Assembly: GCA_030390025.1 (NCBI GenBank)
Contig: JASTWF010000361.1
Coordinates: 62,001 to 126,000, forward strand
Length of the DNA stretch: 64,000 nucleotides
Source: Squalus acanthias
Lineage: Eukaryota
Direction of reading: 5' to 3'
Every line of letters starts with the position of its first letter. Position 1 is the stretch's first letter. Of this stretch, positions 24,781-37,215 are shown one piece after another. The position numbers and the translations under genes are program-made. The notes under the pieces were generated by a model, which ran no database searches, was not told where the DNA came from, and saw only the letters and a program-made list of their open reading frames with translations.

Positions 24781-26493
24781 TGTAAGGGTTTCTCTCTCTG
24801 AACCTGTGAGATTCGTGTGGCTCTGTGCAGCCTGGATGCTAGTGCGAGTTTAGGCCTTATTGCCTGTTCTGGTCTCCAGCCAGTCTGGGAGCACTAGACA
24901 CCTGTGAGTGGTTCGACCCACTCGCCCTTACGGTTCTGACACTGGACTTAGATGCGAGAGCAGTAATGGAGATAAAACTCAGGTAGACCCGGTTGAATGG
25001 TACGAAATGGAAAATCTTTATTGCATATTATTTAAGATTACGAAATACATGTCATAAGCACAGATTAATGACAGTACAATCTTACACGCAGTTATGTAAC
25101 TAATTTCAGGGAAACGAGGAATGAACGACACATCGTAAATGGGACACACATTACAATTATCCTTAAAACTTAAACCCTCCCCTATCAATATCTGCCCTAA
25201 GCTAGATTTGTAGGATCGAGACTCATGCTCACCACTCGTGATAACTCGGAGAATTCCGAAAACTCTGATTGGATGTTTTTCCACCGCAGCACCCACGTGT
25301 CGATCAGGGGTCTCTGTACCCCACTTGTTTACTCGTTTCTGCTCCGGCTAGCAGGCTGGAACGTCTGCTGTCATGAAGATCTGTGTTGTCCTCGGAGTTC
25401 CGACACTACTCAAAAAAGAGTCTTCCTGTGCCCTCGCACTGATGCGATAGAATTCGAAGAATAGTCTTCCTGGCTGTTCTGTAAAACTCGAAGAAGTCTT
25501 CCTGGCAAGGAAAGTGTCTATTCGACCTACAGGCGCGGTCGGAGCTTACTGACCGTGGCGATACGTATGGTCTTCTTCTCTTCTCATCTCATCTCATCTC
25601 ATCTCATCTCATCTCGGGCCTTCGGTTCCAACACCGTTTACCGACTTCTCGGGATGGTGCGCCCGCTTCAAGGCTTCAGAGCCCAGTTCCACACAGATCT
25701 TCGCGGCACGCCACGAGGTAGATCCGAGCGGATCGTAAAGTTCAACAGTCTTTAAAAGCTGCAAGAGGCAGAGACACGAGGCAGGCGGCAAGGAGTCGAA
25801 AGGATAAGAGCAACAGGAGCAGCCACGAGGATAAGAGTCAACCGAATAAGAGAATAAGAGAAAGATGGACGGTTGGAGCTTGCAGTTATAGTGCAAAATC
25901 CTCCTTTTCCCGCCCAACCTTAATGTCTTTTCTTTTGTTAGGGTTTGGCGCTCAAATTTCTTGTATAGGGTGATCTCCATTTTTAATGGGTTTCGGGGAT
26001 ACTCGTAATTGTCTGAGTACCTGTTAATATTTCTCCCATTGTTTAATCGGTCGGTGTTCTCCCTGGAGGGGTTTTGGGGCTTCCGAATGTTTTCTGTAAC
26101 TACCCGCTAACGGCTCTCTCATCGTAGAGTCGTTGGGATTTTGCATATTAATGTCTTTGGATGGGTTCTTGATTACTTGGTACAATAGCCCTTATTCGCA
26201 CCTGGGAGACCGATTTCAGTATTTATGTGTATACTGTAAACCCATGATGTCTCGTGTATTATCTTAAATGTGCTGAGTCTTGATCGATCTTGCACAAATG
26301 TTTATTGGAACGCCATCTTGTCTGCCTGTCGAAAAGTCTAGAATGTTCTGCCACGAGGCGTGGCGGCCATTTTACAAGCTGCTTGTGTCCACTTTGAAAA
26401 CCTGACAGCATTCTGCTGAAATAAAAGCTGTTTGAACGAAACTATGTGTTTTTCTCCTTATTTATAAAATCGCGATATATTGCGAATTCTACA
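24781..26493 (-). repeat. Composite B/C 3' LTR (1713 bp); PPT AACAGGAGGGAC immediately upstream on the minus strand
   Basis: Matches 43514-45226 with about 9 mismatches by eye. Confidence 0.95.
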
Positions 26494-26940
26494 GTCCCTC
26501 CTGTTGATGCGAATAACTCCGCTTATCGTATCAAAACTATTGTGGTGAGCAATATTATCTCGATTTCTCCAGATCCAGAAAATGAATCCCATAACTTAAA
26601 CTATCTAGGGTCTTTGCGTCGTCCTTATTTCCCAAGAAAATTACATTTTATAGCACCGTAGGCATTATTTGCCTTTAAACTTACACCACTTGTTTTCCTT
26701 CCAGGCGTAACCAGGCCGATGCCTCTCGTATCACCTGTATATTCACATTTTTTATTTAGGGAAAGAAAAAACAAAACAAGACCAAACAATCATTTTTAAC
26801 TACAACACCATCACCAAAATAATCAACACCAACTCTTAAACATGTCGAGTTCCAAACGTATTTACAGTTTCTGAAAAATCACGATCGAGTACAACACTTC
26901 CGAGGCGCACGTGGCAAGCGGGAGTGACGCCATTTTCCGA

Positions 26941-29413
26941 TTACACGGTGCTTTCATCGTGCACGCGCACGTAACGTTCTCGCCACTCTCCCGTGTTTTC
27001 GTGCTTGGTGAGGCGTTTGCCTCTCTTACAATGTACGACCAATAGGTACACTACAATAAACACTTGGCATACAACTAAAATGTGGGAGGCTATTCTGATC
27101 CATGAAGGCACTTCAATGTTGGTGAACAGATTCCACCACGGTGGAATTACTATGTCCAGAATGTCTGTCCCTATTTCGACAGTTTTCTGCTCTAGTGTGT
27201 AAAAATGTTTTTGTGACACCGCGACGGCTTTCAAAAGCTTGGTGAGGTGTTCAGGGAGAGGGGGAATGATGTATCCGAAATGCGCGACGAATCGCTGCAG
27301 GTCGGTGAAATTCTCTTTTACGGTAAGATGAACCGTGGATGGTTCAGGGATTGGGACAATTCGCTGTTGTGCTACTTGAACTTCCGCCCTGGGTTTGAAA
27401 CAGAAACTGCTGTCACTCACCGGACACCGGCTACGGTTTCCATGCTGGTAGTGTTGCGCTGCAGTGGTAACACAATATGTTCCACCCCCGATGTATGCTA
27501 CCTGCGGAGGCACATGATCTTGTGCCATTGCCTCCATGGTACAATTCATGGACTTGGCGCCAGCCGTTCTGAACCCGCACTGTGGTGTTAAAAAGGCATT
27601 CAAGTCCTGGGGACACAGTATTATGTGTGCTCCCCTGCCACGACAACCAGAGAGATCTGTACCTGTCATCGTTTGCTCCCAGCGGATGACGTAAGGTGGA
27701 ACCGCTGCATAGCGAATGTGGGCTCCCCCCTGAATGACACCAATGTTCTCTACCCGATACACCGGGGCGGGCTTTGCTGTGTCGCCCAAAACCGGCATAC
27801 GTAAAACTATACCCATGATGGTATGGTTTGATCGTCCGCAGTCCACGGGGACTTGGTAAGCTTCTGAAGCTAGCCTGAGCTGGCACGGGCTTAATGCGTT
27901 CTGAAAAGGGTGGAGCGCCCGCAGGTGTTTGTTACTTATCCAGGACGGGACCAAACCTTGTTTTAAATCCTCCAAATTACTGCGGCCCTCGCCCAGTAAC
28001 CACGCCCCGTAAAGCACGCACATCTCGTTCTGCGCAGCTTGATCGGATGCATTCCGATCTTCCCTAATCAGGGCATTTACCGTCTTTGCATGTTTCTCCA
28101 GCTCTGCTATAATTTCCTTTAAATGGAGAGTCATGGCTTGGTCCTCGTGTAGACCCGACCCTACCACTTTATTCTCATCTGTTAGAATGTCTTTTAATTG
28201 TGTCTTTAAACCATTAATCTGGGTCTGCAGCTCCACACTGTCTAGAGCGTTGACCACAGATGTACCCGTGTTAAAAGCAGTGAACGCGTCGTTCACTACA
28301 CCCCTTCTTTGCCTCCCTACTTGATCCAAAACTTCATGTGGTGCGGTGTACAAACTTGTTTTATCAATTTCCGCGAAATCGAATTCGTAAAATTGTCTGA
28401 ACATCTTGGTCAACAGGACCTGATACAACTGTTCCGTCTTTTTGGGGCACCACTCTGGTAACCGTACCTCAGTGAGATTTAAAATCACCGAGACCACCGC
28501 GTAATGTACCCCCTGAAATAGAATCTGGTCTGTGGGGACCAGTACCAAACCATTCCTGGGTCCCTTACTAGTTTTAGGGCACCCTTCCTCTTCAGCTAGA
28601 ACCACCGGAATCGTGGGCGGGGCTTTGCGTGGGCGCGTAATGAGCTCAGTGGCATTTACCGGCATCCCACCTCATCCCCTGTCCGTTATCCTGCCACTGA
28701 TTAATGAAAAATATGGATATGCCTTTGGGGCAAGGGTATTTTGACCCCCACATGCATACATAAATTCCCTCGTCCGGTTCCCACCATTTGTCCCAACAGA
28801 CTTTCACTTGTCCGTTTGTCCCCGTAATTGTCCGATGGGTATTATTACCCAGTCGTTCCCACTCGACCGAAGAGTTCCTCATAGTTTTGCTCAGCTTTCG
28901 CAGCCACCACCATCGGCTCAATGGGACATTCCCACTACAAGTCAAACAAATCCGTTTGCCGACGGTGACGCTGATCCTGGGTGCGATGATCCTTACTTTG
29001 GGGCACATTAAAGAAGTCTCTTGGTAGGCAAACCCTGATGTGCTGGAATACTCCGTTGAGTTCGTTCCCAGCCATCCTGGCCACCTTCCCTTGTGGAAAT
29101 AGGTGCTGGTCTCCTCTGCCTCCCGTCTTCCGGTCCCATCCACCGCGATGGGGGCCGTGTCCCCGGAGCATCCAAACACCACGACATCCTTGGTGCGGCC
29201 TCGATAGGCCAATCCACATCCGATTGCCGCGAGCAATACTAGAATTCGTTCCATCCTTCCTTGGTTCCTGTGATCAGATAGAATGAGGTAGCCAGCCTCG
29301 CAAGAGTCTCTGGCTTTTGTGAAGGGTGAGCGGGTTCCCTGACCTCGCCTCACGTAAACTTCAACGTTCGCTGAATAAACTTTAACTAAACCTATCTCTA
29401 AAGCTCCCATCAT
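26941..29413 (-). pseudogene. env: Copy C env, frameshifted by a ~38-nt deletion at ~28662
   Basis: ORFs 28646..29413 and 26941..28665 together equal the env of A/B; RQRR furin site, TM and ESTV C-terminus retained. Confidence 0.9.
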
Positions 29414-29569
29414 TTTACCATTTTCTGTTACAATTAAAACTGCAAACTTAACCTTATTTAAAACTATGAACTTATTCTTAACCTTAAACTATAACTTAAA
29501 CTTGAACTAATGAACTTAAAACTTAAAACTTATTACTGTACAGCGCCGCCCGTTCTCAGGGCGGCCCCT

Positions 29570-30772
29570 TTAAATTCTGAGAAAACTGCTGCGAGCTCTT
29601 ACCGACTTTGGGAGGGCTCTGACCTTTTCCTCTGATCTGCCGCAGCCTGTTTCTGCGCTGGCCCCTCCCTCTGATCTGCCGCAGCCTGTTGCTGCACTGA
29701 CCCCTTCCTCTGATCTGCCGCAGCCTGTTTCTGCGCTGGCCCCTCCCTCTGATCTGCCGCAGCCTGTTGCTGCTGCGATGGGGCCGGGCTGTATCTGGGC
29801 TGCCTTAACCTTGAGTCTGCGCCTTGGGACAGACTGGGGACATGACCACATCCTCCTGGGTTGGGGTTCTCTACCTGACCTACGGGGAGTTGTCATGGGC
29901 GGGGATTCCGTGACTGACGGACCGGGTTCCGAGACTTCCATCGGGACGACCTGTGGTTCCACCACAGTCGCTGGCTCCGCCTCCGCTGACTCCGCCTCCC
30001 TAACCTCGGGGCTCGCAGTTTGTGGCTCCGCCCTGCTCGGCCCAGCAGGCGGCCCTTCACTCGCGATCCCTGCCTCCCCCGAGGGCGGGACGTTCAAAGC
30101 GGGCGGCTCGGGCTCGGAGGTTCTCACCGTCACTCCCTGTGTTCCCACAGCGGCTGGCTCCGCCTCCCCTAGCTCCTCCCTCCTGTGTTCGGGACCTGCA
30201 GCTTGTGGCTCCGCCCTGTGCGGATCTCCATCTGCAGTCCGTGTCCTCCCTATACCTAAAATGGGGACGCCCCTTACGTTCCCCAAAACCCACTCGCCTT
30301 CATCACTATCCTCATCTGTCTCCCATCCCCACAAAAATGCTTCATGATCTTCCAGGATGTCCCCTCCCCTGATGCAAGCTGCTTTGCCTGCCTGTGTGCC
30401 TTGTGGTCCTACCTGGGGCTGCGCTTCCCCACTCGCGGGGTTTACCCCTGTGGTTTTCCCTTGCGCACCTGGCTTGTACAGTTTGCACTGGTTTACATCC
30501 TCATACTCCCGGCTTTTGGCTACCCTGTAGGCTGCTTTTATCTCACTAAGCTGCGCTTCTAGCCTGAGCACGTCTAACTTTCCCATTGATCGGGCGTTCT
30601 CCTCCCGCAGGGCCTGCTCTCTAAGCTGCCCTTCCAGCCCATCTATTTTCCCTATTAAACGGGCGTTCTCCTCCCGCAAGGCCTGCTCTTTCAACCTGGC
30701 CTCCTCACAGGAGACGCCCTCCTGTGCGTGTCTTTTAAAAGGACACAGGTAGGCAGGCTGCGTGGGCTCTAG
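29570..30772 (-). CDS. Copy C readthrough extension: short pol start + coiled-coil insert + acidic/Pro-rich pol C-terminal tail (no PR/RT/RH/IN)
   Basis: In frame with gag after TGA-CTAG; EQALREENAR occurs twice; rejoins pol at VNQCKLYKPG; tail has four 13-aa TGCGRSE repeats. Confidence 0.75.
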   Translation of the reverse strand, partial: LEPTQPAYLCPFKRHAQEGVSCEEARLKEQALREENARLIGKIDGLEGQLREQALREENARSMGKLDVLRLEAQLSEIKAAYRVAKSREYEDVNQCKLYKPGAQGKTTGVNPASGEAQPQVGPQGTQAGKAACIRGGDILEDHEAFLWGWETDEDSDEGEWVLGNVRGVPILGIGRTRTADGDPHRAEPQAAGPEHRREELGEAEPAAVGTQGVTVRTSEPEPPALNVPPSGEAGIASEGPPAGPSRAEPQTASPEVREAESAEAEPATVVEPQVVPMEVSEPGPSVTESPPMTTPRRSGREPQPRRMWSCPQSVPRRRLKVKAAQIQPGPIAAATGCGRSEGGASAETGCGRSEEGVSAATGCGRSEGGASAETGCGRSEEKVRALPKSVRARSSFLRI

Positions 30773-32581
30773 TCATTGGGTACTATTGGACGGTCCTGCG
30801 GCACCTACGGGGCCGGTGGCAACCGCCACCTTTCCATGTGCACTCAATAAACTGCGCATGGCTCCCAACACTACTTCGAGGTCGTCGGGAGGGGTGGGTG
30901 CACTAGCTTCCCTAGCAGGGACAGGCGTCTGGGCTCGGGCTGCGGGAATTTTATCCCTGGAATCCTTCCAAGGGTTCCTGCAATTCTTGCGCCAGTGCCC
31001 TGTCTTCCCACACCCGTAACAAGCATTACTTGCCTGCGGGGCGCGATTACCCTCCTGATGCCACTCCCTTTGATACGGGGCTGCGGGTCGTACCTCATGT
31101 ATTTTTCCCTTAAGGGGACGTGTTGCCATACCCCTTATATTGCGATATCCTAACGTGAGTCGATTCAAGACCGACTCTTCTGTAATGTTGGGGTCATTGG
31201 GATCAAACCATGCTTTTGCCTGCTCTCTGACGGCTGGTAAACTGTTGGCTATTATGCACCTAAGCCAATGAGCTAAACCGGCGCCTTCCACATCTTCGCG
31301 CTCTGGCGCACCTAGACAGCTGCGCTGATATACTGGCCACAGCCTGTCGGCAAAAACCTTCGGGGGTTCTCCCTCCATCTGTACTGTCTGTCCCACTCTA
31401 GCAAACGGACCTTCATCGTCCGCCCCCAACACTTCCAGGACCTCATTCTTTAATGCCTCATAAGTCTTGGTTCCCCTCTTGCTCTCGCCCGAGAGACACT
31501 GAAGGATTGTACTGCCTAACGAAAACAACAGCATTTTTGCTGTTTCCCCATCATCGCAGCCGTTAATGGCTGTGGTTTGCTCAACTTCTCTGAAATGTAC
31601 GGAAGGGTCGTCTGCCTCGGTTAGCTTCCGTACGTGATTTATCATAACTCTCAACTGATGTGAACTGTGAGGCAATACAAGCTGTCCGAGGAGATCCCCT
31701 GGTTCCTCCCCACCGTTTCTGTTTGGGCCCCTTTTTATACCCGTTACTGGATACAACGGTCCCTTTTCCACCTCTTTCTCAATGGGCTCTTTCGTTTCTT
31801 CCATTGCTTCCTCCCTTACCCAGGTTTCCGAATAGCTGGGTGGCGTGGAGGGCGTAGTGGCTACTACTTCCTCTGCTTTACTTGGTGGGGATTTCTTAAA
31901 CTCCTCACTTACTAGCGGCTGGTGTGCTGACGGACTGATAAGGCACACCATGCCGTGCGCTTTGTTCACGGCCCTTTTGAGGTGCTCTATCTCCCTTTTG
32001 CAAGCGCTATGATCAGCTCCCTGAAACTTATCCTCAAGGGCCAACTTATATGCCGCCCTAACCCCCGTTAAGCTCTCTTCCTGAGTTCTTATCTGGGCAG
32101 CTTGGCGGGCACATCGTTCCTTTAACCTGCTCTCATTTAACTTTGCCTCAGTGACCTGGCACTCGAGGTAATCTATCCTTGTTTTATGGTGACTGGAGAT
32201 TTCCTGGCGTTCTTGGTGCAACGCACTTAAATTCCTAATGAGCATTTCCCCTCCAGAAACCTTCTCATCCATTTCTCCCTCTAAATGACTGATTCGAGCT
32301 GTTAGCGCTGTAATGGTCTGGTTTGAAATCTGAACCTGCCTTTTGTAATACATTAGCCAGACTGCTTTCTCAAGTGTCTTTTTATGTTCTTTACTATCTG
32401 TCCACCTTTCGGCTGCCTCTAATGGGCTTTTATCCGCTAACAATTCACTTATCCATTTCTTAGTTAGATTAACCTTTCCGAACACATAATCTGCTATCTT
32501 TTCCTGCATAACATTTCGTACAGTCATTCCAAAGTCTAACACACTACCCTCTCGCTGCCAGTGTCCTGCCGCGGTCGCCAT
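30773..32581 (-). CDS. gag: Copy C gag, intact 602 aa
   Basis: Homologous to A/B gag; CCHC knuckle; starts in the PBS; ends CAA-TGA-CTAG. Confidence 0.9.
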   Translation of the reverse strand: MATAAGHWQREGSVLDFGMTVRNVMQEKIADYVFGKVNLTKKWISELLADKSPLEAAERWTDSKEHKKTLEKAVWLMYYKRQVQISNQTITALTARISHLEGEMDEKVSGGEMLIRNLSALHQERQEISSHHKTRIDYLECQVTEAKLNESRLKERCARQAAQIRTQEESLTGVRAAYKLALEDKFQGADHSACKREIEHLKRAVNKAHGMVCLISPSAHQPLVSEEFKKSPPSKAEEVVATTPSTPPSYSETWVREEAMEETKEPIEKEVEKGPLYPVTGIKRGPNRNGGEEPGDLLGQLVLPHSSHQLRVMINHVRKLTEADDPSVHFREVEQTTAINGCDDGETAKMLLFSLGSTILQCLSGESKRGTKTYEALKNEVLEVLGADDEGPFARVGQTVQMEGEPPKVFADRLWPVYQRSCLGAPEREDVEGAGLAHWLRCIIANSLPAVREQAKAWFDPNDPNITEESVLNRLTLGYRNIRGMATRPLKGKIHEVRPAAPYQREWHQEGNRAPQASNACYGCGKTGHWRKNCRNPWKDSRDKIPAARAQTPVPAREASAPTPPDDLEVVLGAMRSLLSAHGKVAVATGPVGAAGPSNSTQ

Positions 32582-32585
32582 TTTC

Positions 32586-34086
32586 TGTAAGGGATTCTGA
32601 CCGTGCGTGTCTCGCAGCCTGTGAGGTTCACGCGGCTCTGTGCAGCCTGTATGTCAGTGCGGGTTTAGGCCTTGTTGCCTGTTCTGGTCTCCAGCCAGTC
32701 TGGGAGCACTAGACACACCTGTGAGTGGTTCGAATCACTCGCCCTTACGGTTCTAGACACTGGACTTAGATGCGAGAGCAGTAATGGAGATGAAACTCAT
32801 GTAGACTCGGTTGAATGGTACGAAATGGAAAATCTTTATTGCATGATATTTAAGATTACGAAATACATGTCATAAGCACAGATTAATGACAGTACAATCT
32901 TACAAGCAGTTATATAGCTAATCCTAGGGAAACGAGGAACGAACGACACACCGTAAATAGGGGCACACATTACAAGTATCCTTAATACTTAAACCCTCCC
33001 CTATCAATATCTGTCCTAGCTAGATTCGTAGGATTTCGAGACTCATGCTCACCACTCGTGATAACTCGGAGAAATTCCGAATAGCTGATCGGATGTTTTT
33101 CACCGCAGCACCCACGTGTCGATCAGGAGATCTCCTGGTCCCACTTGTTTACTTGCTTCTGCTCCGGCTAGCAGGCTGGACCGTCTGCTGTGATGAAGAT
33201 CGTGGCGATGAGTATGGTCTTCCTCTCTTCTCATCTCATCTCATCTCATCTCATCTCATCTCATCTCGGGCCTTTGGTTCCGATGCCAGCTACCAACATA
33301 GGTCTTCGTTACGCGACACGAGGTAGATCCGAACGGATCAGAAAGTTCAACAGTCTTTTTCAAAGAGGCACCAGGCAAGCAGGAACAAGACTACGAGTCA
33401 AAAACACAGGAGCAGCCACGAGGTTACGAGTCGATCGGATAAGAGAATAAGAGAAAGATGGACGGTTGGAGCTTGTAATTATAGTACAAAATCTTCCGTT
33501 TCCCGCCCAACCTTAATGTCCTTTCTTTTGTTAGGGTTTGGCGCTCAAATGTCTTGTATGGGTGATCTCCGTTCTTAATGGGTTTCGGGGCTACTCGTAA
33601 ATGTCTGAGTACCTGTTAATATTTCTCCCATTGTTAAATCGGTCGGTGTTCTCCCTGGAGGGGTTTTGGGGCTTCCAAGTGTTTTGTATAACTACCCGCT
33701 AACGGCTCTCTCATCGTAGAGTCGTTGGGATTTTACATATTAATGTCTTTGGATGGGCCCTTGATTACTCGGTACAATAGCTTTCATTCGTACCTGGGAG
33801 ACCGATTTCAGTATTTATGTGTATACTGTAAACCCATAATGTCTCGTGTATTATCTTCAATGTGCTGAATCTTAATCGATCTTGCACAAATGTTTATTGG
33901 AACGCCATCTTGTCTGCCTGTCGAAAAGTCTAGAATGTTCTGTCACGAGGTGCGGCGGCCATTTTACAGGCTGCTTGTGTCCACTTTGAGAAACCTGACA
34001 GCATTCTGCTGAAATAAAAGCTGTTTGAACGACACTCTGTGTTTTCTCCTTATTAATAAAAATCGCGATATATTGCGAATTCTACA
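32586..34086 (-). repeat. Internal LTR (1501 bp) of a divergent subfamily
   Basis: Same termini as the other LTRs but many substitutions and internal deletions; PPT on the 34087 side and PBS at 32563-32580. Confidence 0.93.
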
Positions 34087-34536
34087 GTCCCTCCTGTTGA
34101 TGCGAATAACTCCGCTTATCGTATCAAAAATCATAGTGGTGAGCAATATTATCTCGATTTTCTCCGAATCCAGAAAATTAATCCCATAACTTTAACCTAG
34201 CTAGGGTTCCGGTGTCGTCCTTATTTCCCAAGAAAATCACATTTTATATCACCGTGGGCCTTTATTTGCCCTTAAACTTACACCACTTGTTTTCCTTCCC
34301 GGCGTAACCAGGCCGATGCCTCTCGTATCACCTGTATATTCATCTTTTATTCAGGGAAAGGAAAAACAAAACCCAAAACCAAACAATCATTTTTAACTGT
34401 AACACCATCACCAAAATAATCAACACCAACTCTTAAAACATGTCGAGTTCCCAACGTATTTACAATCTTTGAAAAACATGATCGAGTACAAACTTCCGCA
34501 GCGCACGTGGCGAGCGGGAGTGACGACATTTTCCGA

Positions 34537-37048
34537 TCACACGGTGCTTTCATCGTGCACGCGCACGTAACGTTCTCGCCACTCTCCCGTGTTTTCATGC
34601 TTAGTGAGGCGTTTGTCTCTTTTACAATGTACGACCAATAGGTACACTACAATAAACACTTGACATACGACTAAAATGTGGGAGGCTATTCTGATCCATG
34701 AAGGCACTTCAATATTGGTGAACAGATTCCACCACGGTGGAACTACTATATCCAAAATGTCTGTTCCTATTTCGACAGTTTTCTGTTCTAATGTGTAAAA
34801 GTGTTTCTGTGACACCGCGACGGCTTTCAAAAAGCTTGGTGAGGTGTTCAGGGAGAGGGGGAATGAGGTATCCAAAATGCGCGACGAATCGCTGCAAGTC
34901 GGTGAAATTCTCTTTTACTGTAAGATGAACAGTGGATGGTTCAGGGATTGGGACAATTCGCTGTTGTGCTACTTGAACTTCCGCCCTGGGTTTGAAACAG
35001 AAACTGCTGTCACTCACCGGACACCGGCTACGGTTTCCATGCTGGTAGTGTTGCGCTGCAGTGGTAACACAATATGTTCCACCCCCGATGTATGCTACCT
35101 GCGGAGGCACATGATCTTGTGCCATTGCCTCCATGGTGCAATTCATGGACTTGGCGCCAGTCGTTCTGAACCCGCACTGTGGTGTTAAAAAGGCATTCAA
35201 GTGCTGGGGACACAGTATTATGTGTGCTCCCCTGCCACGACAACCAGAGAGATCTGTACCTGTCATCGTTTGCTCCCAGCGGATGACGTAAGGTGGAACC
35301 GCTGCATAGCGAATGTGGGCTCCCCCCTGAATGACACCAATGTTCTCTACCCGATACACCGGGGCGGGCTTTGCTGTGTCGCCCAAAACCGGCATACGTA
35401 AAACTATACCCATGATGGTATGGTTTGATCGTCCGCAGTCCACGGGGACTTGGTAAGCTTCTGAAGCTAGCCTGAGCTGGCACGGGCTTAATGCGTTCTG
35501 AAAAGGGTGGAGCGCCCGCAGGTGTTTGTTACTTATCCAGGACGGGACCAAACCTTGTTTTAAATCCTCCAAATTACTGCGGCCCTCGCCCAGTAACCAC
35601 GCCCCGTAAAGCACGCACACCTCGTTCTGCGCAGCTTGATCGGATGCATTCCGATCTTCCCTAATCAGGGCATTTACCGTCTTTGCATGTTTCTCCAGCT
35701 CTGCTATAATTTCCTTTAAATGGAGAGTCATGGCTTGGTCCTCGTGTAGACCCGACCCTACCACTTTATTCTCATCTGTTAGAATGTCTTTTAATTGTGT
35801 CTTTAAACCATTAATCTGGGTCTGCAATTCCACACTGTCTAGAGCGTTGACCACAGATGTACCCGTGTTAAAAGCAGTGAACGCGTCGTTCACTACACCC
35901 CTTCTTTGCCTCCCTACTTGATCCAAAACTTCATGTGGTGCGGTGTACAAACTTGTTTTATCAATTTCCGCGAAATCGAATTCGTAAAATTGTCTGAACA
36001 TCTTGGTCAACAGGACCTGATACAACTGTTCCGTCTTTTTGGGGCACCACTCTGGTAACCGTACCTCAGTGAGATTTAAAATCACCGAGGCCACCGCGTA
36101 ATGTACCCCCTGAAATAGTATCTGGTCTGTGGGGACCAGTACCAAACCATTCCCGGGTCCCTTACTAGTTTTAGGGCACCCTTCCTCTTCAGCTAGAACC
36201 ACCGGAATCGTGGGCGGGGCTTTGCGTGGGCGCGTAATGAGCTCAGTGGCATTTACCGGGATCGAAGAGTATGGGGCTCCGCACCCCCTGGTGCTCGCAT
36301 CCCACCTCATCCCCTGTCCGTTATCCTGCCACTGATTAATGAAAAATATGGATATGCCTTTGGGGCAAGGGTATTTTGACCCCCACATGCATACATAAAT
36401 TCCCTCGTCCGGTTCCCACCATTTGTCCCAACAGACTTTCACTTGTCCGTTTGTCCCCGTAATTGTCCGATGGGTATTATTACCCAGTCGTTCCCACTCG
36501 ACCGAAGAGTTCCTCATAGTTTTGCTCAGCTTTCGCAGCCACCACCATCGGCTCAATGGGACATTCCCACTACAAGTCAAACAAATCCGTTTGCCGACGG
36601 TGACGCTGATCCTGGGTGCGATGATCCTTACTTTGGGGCACATTAAAGAAGTCTCTTGGTAGGCAAACCCTGATGTGCTGGAATACTCCGTTGAGTTCGT
36701 TCCCAGCCATCCTGGCCACCTTCCCTTGTGGAAATAGGTGCTGGTCTCCTCAGCCTCCCGCCTTCCGGTCCCATCCACCGCGACGGGGGCCGTGTCCCCG
36801 GAGCATCCAAACACCACGACATCCTTGGTGCGGCCTCGATAGGCCAATCCACATCCGATTGCTGCGAGCAATACTAGAATTCGTTCCATCCTTCCTTGGT
36901 TCCTGTGATCAGATAGAATGAGGTAGCCAGCCTCGCAAGGGTCTCTGGCTTTTGTGAAGGGTGAGCGGGTCCCCTGACCTCGCCTCACGTAAACTTCAAT
37001 GTTCGCTGGATAAACTTTAACTAAACCTATCTCTAAAGCTCCCATCAT
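34537..37048 (-). pseudogene. env: Copy B env, frameshifted by +1 nt in an A/T run at 34829-34833, just before the TM
   Basis: ORF 34709..37048 (779 aa) plus 34537..34875 carrying TM and ESTV; TTCAAAAAGCTT vs TTCAAAAGCTT in copy C. Confidence 0.9.
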
Positions 37049-37215
37049 TTTGCCATTTTCTGTTAAAATTGAACTACAAACTTAACTTGATTTTAAAACT
37101 ATAAACTTAGAAACTTATCTAAAACTATAAACTTATTCTTAACCTCAAACTATAAACTTAGAAACTTATCCTAAACTTATACTGTACAGATCCGCCCGTT
37201 CCCAGGGCGGCCCCT

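Noticed and set aside
20699..26493. DIRS-like or DNA-transposon element with long inverted terminal repeats
   Set aside because: The inverted repeats are LTRs of two separate DDE-integrase proviruses, each with its own 4-bp TSD; no tyrosine recombinase or transposase.
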